64,000 bases of DNA from NCBI GenBank assembly GCA_038245725.1, contig JBBRSD010000001.1:224508-288507 (forward strand), in the 5' to 3' direction. Source of the DNA: Coriobacteriia bacterium (lineage in GTDB: Bacteria; Actinomycetota; Coriobacteriia; Anaerosomatales; JAAXUF01). Every line of letters starts with the position of its first letter. The first letter of the stretch is position 1. Below the pieces are notes generated by a model. That model saw nothing but the letters and a program-made list of their open reading frames with translations. It was not told the DNA's origin and ran no database searches. The position numbers were made by a program, and so were the translations under genes. Below are positions 56,545 through 64,000 of the stretch, in pieces.

Positions 56545-57417
56545 TTGATCGGGCTGACGCAACTAAACGTATGGATCGACGTGATCTTCACGGTGCTGTA
56601 CGTGGTCATTGTGGTCGCGTTGTCGGGGCACTTCCTCGGCAACATTCTCACGGGCCGCGCTAAGAGCCGCTTCGTGAACTGGGAGTGGCCTCACCATGAG
56701 GGCGGTCCCATTCCCACGGCGCCCAAGATCATGCACTTCCAGCACGTGGCCGCGATGATCGCTCTTGGGGTCTCCGGCATGTACATCCGGTTCCCGTTCT
56801 TTAACGGTGGCCGGACTGCGATGCGTTGGGTGCACTACATCGCGATGACGATTGTGATCGTGAACCTGGTGGCGCGCCTGTGGTACGCGTTCGCATCGAA
56901 GCGCCGAGACTACCGTGAGTTCGCCATCACCAAACGCGACATCACCACGGCGCCGAAAGTCATCCTGTATTACATCTTCGTCAAGCCGTCCAAGCCGCAC
57001 CTCGGCAAGTACAACGTGATGCAGAAGATGACGTACTCGATCTTCGTACCGCTGCTGATCGCTCAGGCGTTCACGGGCCTGGCGCTCTTGACGATGCGCG
57101 TTCCGCTGGTCAACGCGTCGCCGCGTGAACTGCTCGTGGGATGGTGGCTCGGCGCGATGCTGGGGTCGGTCGATATGGCCGGTTGGTGGATGCGCACGGC
57201 GCACTATCTCATCAACTGGTTGTTCATCGTGCTCACCACAATCCACGTCTATCTGTCCGTGACTGAGGACTTTCCTGCCTTCATGGACTTCTTCGGTCTG
57301 AGCTTTCTGGGGCCTGCCCACCACGAAGAGGGCGGCCACGAGCACGATCACGGAGGGCACGAACTACTACCGGGTACGGAAACTGCTCCAGCACTCGCAT
57401 CCATCGATCCACTCTGA
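56545..57417 (+). CDS. membrane b-type cytochrome (Ni/Fe-hydrogenase / FdnI-type cytochrome b family)
   Basis: Polytopic with conserved His in the helices (IMHFQHVAAMIALGVSGMYIRFPFF, WVHYIAMTIV, TAHYLINWLFIVLTTIHVY). TTG 56545 after gggagtaggggg is preferred; the track start at 56428 adds a basic, non-membrane leader. Confidence 0.75.
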   Translation: MIGLTQLNVWIDVIFTVLYVVIVVALSGHFLGNILTGRAKSRFVNWEWPHHEGGPIPTAPKIMHFQHVAAMIALGVSGMYIRFPFFNGGRTAMRWVHYIAMTIVIVNLVARLWYAFASKRRDYREFAITKRDITTAPKVILYYIFVKPSKPHLGKYNVMQKMTYSIFVPLLIAQAFTGLALLTMRVPLVNASPRELLVGWWLGAMLGSVDMAGWWMRTAHYLINWLFIVLTTIHVYLSVTEDFPAFMDFFGLSFLGPAHHEEGGHEHDHGGHELLPGTETAPALASIDPL

Positions 57418-58416
57418 GTGAGCCGATCCACCCGAGAGGCCTCTGAATTGACGTTGCGCCCCGCTATCGCCTTCGCGATGTTGGCAGCTGTTCTGCTGCT
57501 GCCGGCATCTGCGTGCGCGGCCGCAGCGGGCCTTTCGGCAACGCAGCCGACAGCCGGGGCGATGCCTTCTCGGGTGACCACTACGTCGGGGTCGACGTCG
57601 CTGACGGTCACGTACGATCTCACGTGGACGTTGCCTACGGCTGGGAAGTCAGGGTGCACGGTCTGTCACAGCGACAAGGACTTGGTGCGCATCCAGGCGG
57701 GCAAGACCGTCAGCCTCTACGTCAACACGGCAGTCCTGAAGAACTCGGCCCACAAGGACGTTCCGTGCACGGGCTGTCACGTGGATTTCGCATTCAAGGC
57801 CCCGCATTCCAACGTGTCGAAGGTGGGCAACGAGTGGCGTGCGGTCGCGAAGCTCTCGTGCAAGAACTGTCACCGGAACGAGTTCTCGGAGTTCACTGCT
57901 GGAGCGCATTCGCCAACTACCTTGTCTGGAAGAGTCGCAACATCGACCGTGGGTCGGCCGAACTCATCGGCACCGGGCATGCCCAAGCCCTATTGCGGCG
58001 ATTGCCACGGGGGCCACAGTATCGCGGCATCCGACAACGTTGTGGCGATGAGGCTGGTGCATGCGACGGGCATCGAGATGTGTGGCAAGTGCCACAAAGA
58101 GAGCACGGCGTCGTATCAGGATTACTACCATGGCGCGGCCTACCGCGAGGGGGCGCCCGATGCACCAGCGTGCTGGGACTGCCACAATACGCATAAGATA
58201 CTTGTGTCGAGCGACCGGCAGTCGTCGGTCTATTCGGACCGCTTGTACGATACCTGCAACAAGTGTCACCGAGACCCGCGGGACGGATACACCGCGTACG
58301 CTCGATTGATCCATGGGAAGCAGGCCGTGTTGGACTCAAACCCTGTCATTGCGTGGTTGAAGTTAGCCCAACAGCAGATCGGCCTTTTCGTCCAGAAGAC
58401 GGAAGCGATTTTCTAG
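57418..58416 (+). CDS. secreted heptahaem c-type cytochrome
   Basis: 7 CXXCH motifs (CTVCH, CTGCH, CKNCH, CGDCH, CGKCH, CWDCH, CNKCH) and a hydrophobic signal sequence AFAMLAAVLLLPASACA. GTG 57418 directly abuts the cytochrome b stop; a later start at 57478 is possible. Confidence 0.85.
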   Translation: MSRSTREASELTLRPAIAFAMLAAVLLLPASACAAAAGLSATQPTAGAMPSRVTTTSGSTSLTVTYDLTWTLPTAGKSGCTVCHSDKDLVRIQAGKTVSLYVNTAVLKNSAHKDVPCTGCHVDFAFKAPHSNVSKVGNEWRAVAKLSCKNCHRNEFSEFTAGAHSPTTLSGRVATSTVGRPNSSAPGMPKPYCGDCHGGHSIAASDNVVAMRLVHATGIEMCGKCHKESTASYQDYYHGAAYREGAPDAPACWDCHNTHKILVSSDRQSSVYSDRLYDTCNKCHRDPRDGYTAYARLIHGKQAVLDSNPVIAWLKLAQQQIGLFVQKTEAIF

Positions 58417-58478
58417 CGAAGCAGCTCGTAAGCGGTCGGCACCGGTGCGGCGCCGACGGGGAGAAGGGGAACCGAAGA

Positions 58479-59801
58479 ATGTCCCGCCAACTCAAAGCAA
58501 GCCCCGGCAGGCTGCTTGCCCTCCTGATTGCGACGGTGGCGTTCGCCACGGTGATCGGGCAGGCGTCGTGCGCATTCGCTGCAGATGCGAATGCGCCGCT
58601 CGACGTGGCAGGCACGGCGCAATTGATTCAGCAGCTTGGCCAGTCACCTGTCGACGAGGCCGTCTGCACGAGTCTGTGCCACGCCAACATCGCGCAGACG
58701 AAGAACTACGCCTCTGCGATCAAGTTCTCGCACGGCAACCACATCATCGTTCAGTGCAGCTCGTGTCACGCCAAATTCCCTCATCAGCTCGGCGGCACCC
58801 AGAAGCCGACGATGAAGGGTTGCTTCGACTGTCACGGAGTGCGACACGGGTCGATGGGTGTTATCGCCAAGAGCGACTGCACGGCATGTCACGTGACTCC
58901 GCGTTACCAGATGGACTGTCCGTACAACAAGACGGTCGTAGATTGGGCGGGCAAGGGCCATGTCGCCCTCAGCAACACGCAGCTCAACACAGACTGCATG
59001 CGCTGCCACACGGCCGCGAACTGCACGGACTGCCATGACAAGCAAGGTGTCGTGTGGGAGCCCAAGACCAACTGGGATTACGACTCGAACAACGGCTGCC
59101 AGTCGTGTCACGGCAGCTCGAACCTGCTCAAGCAGGACAATGGCGCACAGAAGTCATTCCAGGTCCAGGGCATCGAGGAATCCGTCCACCGTGGCATCAC
59201 GTGTCAGCAGTGCCACATCGACTACCGATATGACGACAAGCCGTCGGTCACGAAGCTGTGGAACGTCAACGTGGGGCTGAATTGCGCGAATTGCCACCAG
59301 ACACTGCCGAGGTCACAGGACAGCTCGCCAGTGGCCCTGTACGAGAAGTCTATTCACGCGCAGAAGATCCGCGATGGCAACTACAAGTCCGCCACGTGCG
59401 GTTCGTGCCACGGCGGCCACTTCATCTACAGCCTCAAGACCGCCGAGGGTAAAGCACAGATGCACGCCTCGGCGCTGAGGGTCTGCGCGAGGTGCCACCT
59501 CGATAAGTACGTGTCGTACAACGACTACTATCACGGCCGTGCATACAAAGAAGGCGCCCCCGATGCGCCTGCGTGCTGGCAATGCCACGAGCCCCACGAC
59601 GTGCTACCTCAAGCCGACCCGAAGTCGACGGTCAACGCTGCGAACGTCGGAGCCACCTGTGGTCGACCGGGATGTCACAAGGGGTCGAGCGAATCCTTCG
59701 GTCAACAGGCCGACCAGCTGATCCACCGCAAGGCCACCGCAGTCGACACGAACCCGGTCCTCCAGTTCTTCGCGAACCTGTTCAAGAAGAAGACCGGCTA
59801 G
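58479..59801 (+). CDS. secreted multihaem c-type cytochrome, 13 haem motifs
   Basis: ATG 58479 follows gagaagggga. The signal peptide ends AFA-AD. 11 CXXCH plus CTSLCH (CX3CH) plus CGRPGCH (CX4CH). Confidence 0.85.
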   Translation: MSRQLKASPGRLLALLIATVAFATVIGQASCAFAADANAPLDVAGTAQLIQQLGQSPVDEAVCTSLCHANIAQTKNYASAIKFSHGNHIIVQCSSCHAKFPHQLGGTQKPTMKGCFDCHGVRHGSMGVIAKSDCTACHVTPRYQMDCPYNKTVVDWAGKGHVALSNTQLNTDCMRCHTAANCTDCHDKQGVVWEPKTNWDYDSNNGCQSCHGSSNLLKQDNGAQKSFQVQGIEESVHRGITCQQCHIDYRYDDKPSVTKLWNVNVGLNCANCHQTLPRSQDSSPVALYEKSIHAQKIRDGNYKSATCGSCHGGHFIYSLKTAEGKAQMHASALRVCARCHLDKYVSYNDYYHGRAYKEGAPDAPACWQCHEPHDVLPQADPKSTVNAANVGATCGRPGCHKGSSESFGQQADQLIHRKATAVDTNPVLQFFANLFKKKTG

Positions 59802-59823
59802 GCATAGGGAGTACGCTGTCAGG

Positions 59824-61458
59824 GTGACTAGCGGGAACAACATACGACGCGCAAGTATATGGGGGGTGGCTGCGGTTCTCATCGCAGCCGCCCTCATCGT
59901 TGCGCCCCATGTGGCTCGCGCGGATGTCCCCGCCATCCCTTCGGCACCTCCGATCGACACGTCCGCTGCGGTCGATCAGAACCAGTGCGCTCCATGCCAC
60001 CTCGATCTCGGCACGGTGAAGAAGCCGGGCATCATCTTCAGCCACGGCAACCACCTCATGGTCTCGTGCGATGGCTGCCACTCACGCATGCCGCATTCCA
60101 ATGGCGGCAACACCGACACCGTGCCCATGGAAGTCTGCTTTGCATGCCACGGAGTCCAGCACGGTCCGCAAGGTGAGTTGGCCACGTCCACCTGTTCGAA
60201 GTGCCACCCGAAATCGTTCAACTTGAAGCCGGCGTCGCATATAAAGGGCTACGCTGCCAAGCCTCACGCCGATGATTCGAAGCGGCTCGGCGTCAACAGC
60301 TGCATGAGGTGTCACAACGGGCCGAAGGACTGCGACGCCTGCCACGTGAAGATGAAGCTCGGATTGCCCAAGATGCCCCGAACCTACGTCTCGGTCATTC
60401 TGGGTCGACCGAAGCCGCCCTCTGTCAAGATCTTCCCCACGGGTCCGACATCGATGGCGCAGTGTGTCTACTGCCACCCCGACCTCGATCACATAACTCC
60501 CGGGCGGCTCATCTTCGCGCACGCCGCGCACCTGCAGCGCGACTTCAAATGCACGACCTGCCACCCTCAATTCGGACACTCTGCAAGTGGCCCGGAGCGT
60601 CCGGACATGCTGTCGTGCTACCGCTGCCACGGGCTCCAACATAGTGGACAAGGGCTTGTGGCCGGCGACGCCTGCCGGAAGTGCCACCCGACGAGTTTCG
60701 CTCTGGTTCCCACGAATCACACGCCGGAGTTCAAACGAGGCAAACACAAGGCACTCGCCAACAGGGACCTCGCGTACTGCGGAATGTGCCACCAGCCCGA
60801 GTTCTGCGTGACCTGCCACACCGGCAAGAGCAACTCCGTGAACGCTACGCCAAAACCGGTCCTTCCCTCCGACCACACGGACGCGAGGTGGCTGGCCAAG
60901 CACGGCCAGGAGTACATGGGCCGACAGGGTTCGTGCGGCGCTTGTCACGGTGGCCCATCGTGCCAAAGGTGCCACCTGACGCCGGTACCGCATCCACCCA
61001 ACTGGATCTCGAACCACCGCCCGCCACCAGGAATTCCGGCAAGCGACTGCAACATCTGCCATCGCGACCGCACCAAGTGCCAGAACTGTCACCACGGGCA
61101 GGTCAAGAACGGCGAGCTTGTCGAGTCGAGCTGCGCGCGGGGACCCGGGATGAGGGGATGTCACGTCGAGATGCTGCAGAAGCCTGCCACTTCGATAAAG
61201 AACAAGCCCTTCGCCGAGCACGCCGTGCATTTCACTGTCGCGAAGAAGAAGGGGCACATAGGGCGCCCGTACCACTGCTACGAATGTCACACCGACTTCG
61301 GCAATTCGACAAACGCCAACAAGACCGAGGTCCAGCAGGGGCACGACCTGCATCTGTGCTACAGCTGTCACGGTGCGCTCGATCCGTTCAACGTGCGGAT
61401 CGCCCCGTTCAAAGGGGCGGCGCTCTGCCTGCGCTGTCATACCAACATGAATATCTAG
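59824..61458 (+). CDS. secreted multihaem c-type cytochrome, about 20 haem motifs
   Basis: The signal peptide ends ARA-DV. 19 CXXCH plus CARGPGMRGCH (a possible CX8CH). There is an internal duplication of a six-haem module. Confidence 0.85.
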   Translation: MTSGNNIRRASIWGVAAVLIAAALIVAPHVARADVPAIPSAPPIDTSAAVDQNQCAPCHLDLGTVKKPGIIFSHGNHLMVSCDGCHSRMPHSNGGNTDTVPMEVCFACHGVQHGPQGELATSTCSKCHPKSFNLKPASHIKGYAAKPHADDSKRLGVNSCMRCHNGPKDCDACHVKMKLGLPKMPRTYVSVILGRPKPPSVKIFPTGPTSMAQCVYCHPDLDHITPGRLIFAHAAHLQRDFKCTTCHPQFGHSASGPERPDMLSCYRCHGLQHSGQGLVAGDACRKCHPTSFALVPTNHTPEFKRGKHKALANRDLAYCGMCHQPEFCVTCHTGKSNSVNATPKPVLPSDHTDARWLAKHGQEYMGRQGSCGACHGGPSCQRCHLTPVPHPPNWISNHRPPPGIPASDCNICHRDRTKCQNCHHGQVKNGELVESSCARGPGMRGCHVEMLQKPATSIKNKPFAEHAVHFTVAKKKGHIGRPYHCYECHTDFGNSTNANKTEVQQGHDLHLCYSCHGALDPFNVRIAPFKGAALCLRCHTNMNI

Positions 61459-61601
61459 AGTTCCTGTGAAGCTTCACACGCTCTGAGCGGCAATTGATAC
61501 AGTAAGCACCGCATGTGCTCCAGCGATTTCCGCGCGCGTACTCGTCCCGGCAGACGGCCGTGCGTTCTGTAGCGCACCTCGATGTAAGGGGTTCATCGCA
61601 T

Positions 61602-62651
61602 ATGGCTGACCCACAGCGGTTGGATACGGTACTCAAGCTCGGCATCGCCACGCTGCTCGTGGCGATCGTGGCGCTCGGCGGCTGGTTCGGTTACTCGGTG
61701 TACCGAGATCGGATAGCCGCTGAAGACGCGACACCGGCGCTTCGAATCATGAAGGTCATCAAGGCCCAGGTCGACAAGAGCCCCAACGACGCAGTCCTGC
61801 GTGTGAGACTCGGCGAAGCTTTGGCGGCAGCTGGACGTACGCAACAGGCCATTGAACAGCTCAATGCCGCGCTCAAGATCGATCCGAAGCACACGGGCGC
61901 ATATACCGACCTCGGACTGGTCGCCCTGATGAATAACAGGCCCGATGAGGCTAGGGACTACTTCAAGAAGGTCGTCGAACTCACCAGCAGCAACCCCATG
62001 GCGGACTCTAACGACCGTCGCGAGATCGCGTTCTTCAATCTCGGGAAGCTGGAGATGTCGCAGAAGAACTACGACCCGGCGATCGGGTACTTCAAGGAGG
62101 CGCTGCGAATTCGCAACGACGCTTCGGACACGTACTTCTTCCTCGCCGAAAGTCTGAACGCGATCGGCCAGCCGCAAGAAGCCAAGCAAAACGTCGCAAT
62201 TGCCTTGAAATTCGACCCGAACTTCGCCCAGGCACACTATCTCCTCGGCAAGTTACTACTTGCAGACGGCGACAAGGTCCGTGCGTCGGCCGAGATCGGC
62301 AAGGCGCTGACGCTGTCCCCCACGGCTCCCGAGCCCAAGGCGCTCGCTCAAGAGATCGGCGATCCCGCGCAACTTGCGGCGCAGGCACAAAGCGAAGCTG
62401 CGTCGGACCCGGAGGCTGCTCTGACCGACGCGACGATCGCGTTCAACCTTGACCCGATCCACAACGTCGCAGCCGGGAAGCTCGAGGCGAAGCTGTTGCT
62501 GCAGCGAGGGAACAAGGCCGCCGCGCTGGCCGTCTACAAGACTCTGAGCCAGATCAGCTCGGCGTCAAAGGACGCTCAGGTGCTTGCCGCGATCAAGAAG
62601 CTCACCCCCAAGACATCCAAGCCGAGCACGTCGGCCACGCCGACCAAGTGA
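61602..62651 (+). CDS. membrane-anchored TPR repeat protein
   Basis: ATG 61602. N-terminal TM helix LGIATLLVAIVALGGWFGYSV, then TPR modules (ALKIDPKHTGAYTDLG, ALKFDPNFAQAHYLLG) and a C-terminal S/T/P/K tail. Confidence 0.75.
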   Translation: MADPQRLDTVLKLGIATLLVAIVALGGWFGYSVYRDRIAAEDATPALRIMKVIKAQVDKSPNDAVLRVRLGEALAAAGRTQQAIEQLNAALKIDPKHTGAYTDLGLVALMNNRPDEARDYFKKVVELTSSNPMADSNDRREIAFFNLGKLEMSQKNYDPAIGYFKEALRIRNDASDTYFFLAESLNAIGQPQEAKQNVAIALKFDPNFAQAHYLLGKLLLADGDKVRASAEIGKALTLSPTAPEPKALAQEIGDPAQLAAQAQSEAASDPEAALTDATIAFNLDPIHNVAAGKLEAKLLLQRGNKAAALAVYKTLSQISSASKDAQVLAAIKKLTPKTSKPSTSATPTK

Positions 62652-62682
62652 CGACGGCCCACCGACAGCCGAGGAGCACCAC

Positions 62683-63999
62683 GTGACCAAACGACGCATC
62701 CGACTTCTCGTTATCGCCGCGGTGCTGCTGCTCGTGCTCGTCCTACTCGGCGGCTACTACGCGTTCTATCGCTCGACCAAGAAGCTCTCGTTCAACGTCA
62801 CGGCGTCGGGGGCATCCGGGGCTATCGCCCCGCCGCAGTTCCTTTTCGCCTTCAGCGGCGCCGGGGGCGACCGCTTGCAGCGGCCGATCGGCATCGCAAT
62901 CGACGGAACGAAGGTCTTCGTCGCCGACGCGACTCGGCACACCATCTTCGTCTACGACCAGAATGGCAATCAGAAGAACAAGTTCGGCACGACTCAAACG
63001 GTGACGCCGCTCTACATGGCCGTGAATCCGAAAGACACCAACTTGTACGTGACCGACCGTCGAAGGCGCGCGGTCCTCAAGTTCAGCCAGGACGGCGCCT
63101 ATCTGGGCGTATTCAACCCGCACCTGCCCAAGAGCCAGCTGCCCAAGTTCGGAACGCATGGAGTGCAGTGGGCGCCGATCGGCATCGCATTCGCCGCTGA
63201 CGGAGCCATGTATGTCACAGAAGTGCTGAAGGGCCACCGCCTCCTCATCTTCAACCCAGACGGCACGTTCAAGCGATCGATCGGCGATGCCGGCATCGTC
63301 GATGACCCCACCAAGGGGCCCAACGTCTTTCAGTTCCCGAATGGGATTGCTGTGTATGGCGCGGACGTTTATGTGTCCGACAGCAACAACCGCCGGATTC
63401 AAGTCTTCACCAGAGCCGGCGACTTCGAGCGCATGATCGTCACAGAGGGTCTGCCTCGCGGCGCGGCGCTTCTCAAGCCATTCCCCTCAGACCCCACCAC
63501 GTCGCCGCCCGTGCGTATCGCTTCGGTGGACACGCTCTCGCACTTCGTGACCCTCTGGGATGCTAAGAACGGAACCAAGATCGTCAGTTTCGGCGAGCAG
63601 GGCACGCTCGACGCGCAGTTCAACTACCCGGACGGCATCGCGCTGGGCGACCGCAACAAGCTCTTCATCACCGACACGGCTAACGGTCGCGTGCAGGTCT
63701 GGGGCTGGCCCCTCGAGGTTTCGGCATTGCCGATAATCGGCGCGCCGACGAATCTCCTGTGGTGCATCACCCCCTTCCTCTTCCTGCCGTTCCTGTTGCT
63801 GTTCCGTAAGCGCCGCTTCTTCGCGACAGCCGACTTCGTTCAGAACATGATCGCGATCGAAGAGGCTGGCATGATGCCGGCGCGCAGTCGCGCGTGGCTC
63901 ACTCTCCAGGCGCAGTACGACCTCATCAAGGAGATGAAGTACGAGGGTGTCGACTTCAGCGAACTGTTCGAGGTCACTGAATTCTCGGAGTCCGACGCG
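62683..63999 (+). CDS. NHL-repeat beta-propeller protein with N-terminal and post-propeller TM helices (3' end outside the window)
   Basis: Absent from the ORF track because no stop is reached. GTG 62683 follows gaggag, and I translated it by hand with no stops to 63999. NHL-type repeats (PIGIAIDGTKVFVADATRHTIFVYD, PNGIAVYGADVYVSDSNNRRIQVF, PDGIALGDRNKLFITDTANGRVQVW), then the TM helix LLWCITPFLFLPFLLLF. Confidence 0.8.
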   Translation, partial: MTKRRIRLLVIAAVLLLVLVLLGGYYAFYRSTKKLSFNVTASGASGAIAPPQFLFAFSGAGGDRLQRPIGIAIDGTKVFVADATRHTIFVYDQNGNQKNKFGTTQTVTPLYMAVNPKDTNLYVTDRRRRAVLKFSQDGAYLGVFNPHLPKSQLPKFGTHGVQWAPIGIAFAADGAMYVTEVLKGHRLLIFNPDGTFKRSIGDAGIVDDPTKGPNVFQFPNGIAVYGADVYVSDSNNRRIQVFTRAGDFERMIVTEGLPRGAALLKPFPSDPTTSPPVRIASVDTLSHFVTLWDAKNGTKIVSFGEQGTLDAQFNYPDGIALGDRNKLFITDTANGRVQVWGWPLEVSALPIIGAPTNLLWCITPFLFLPFLLLFRKRRFFATADFVQNMIAIEEAGMMPARSRAWLTLQAQYDLIKEMKYEGVDFSELFEVTEFSESDA

Positions 64000-64000
64000 C

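Noticed and set aside
60082-63402. Minus-strand ORFs 60082..61440 (452 aa), 61593..62237 and 62743..63402
   Set aside because: They are antisense to the 20-haem cytochrome, the TPR gene and the NHL gene. The plus-strand products have dense CXXCH, TPR and NHL motifs.

Overview
This is a chromosomal window of about 65% GC (my estimate from counted segments). The housekeeping gene order is mfd, PrsA-like PPIase, mazG, eno, pyk, ftsB/divIC, DUF501, ppx, tRNA-Leu, which I recognise as typical of Actinomycetota. I read about 60 genes from ORF translations and motifs; no database search was possible. Much of the six-frame track is off-frame or antisense shadow ORFs typical of high-GC DNA. The main finding is respiratory. 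At 56.5-64.0 kb a same-strand cluster encodes a membrane b-type cytochrome, three secreted multihaem c-type cytochromes (7, 13 and 20 haem motifs), a membrane-anchored TPR protein and an NHL propeller protein that the ORF track misses. A LysR regulator and a DUF3343 protein precede it. A second locus at 39.0-43.0 kb encodes a 19-haem NapC/NirT-anchored cytochrome built from 37-aa di-haem tandem repeats, apparently co-transcribed with a two-component system. A Rieske plus cytochrome b-c fusion (4.4-6.5 kb) gives a third quinone-pool interface. Together these suggest an uncharacterised quinol-fed, wall-spanning electron conduit in a monoderm. The window also holds a scattered selenocysteine locus: selD with an in-frame UGA and a SECIS-like hairpin, a YedF-like protein, selA and selB. 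I found no selC. This locus is interrupted by an AT-richer islet with an IS3 transposase remnant and a HEPN/MNT pair. Other content includes fur-cbiMQO, fetAB, a flavodiiron protein, a TetR-controlled GlcD-GlcF fusion oxidase and a B12-binding/TPR/GH42-like triad.
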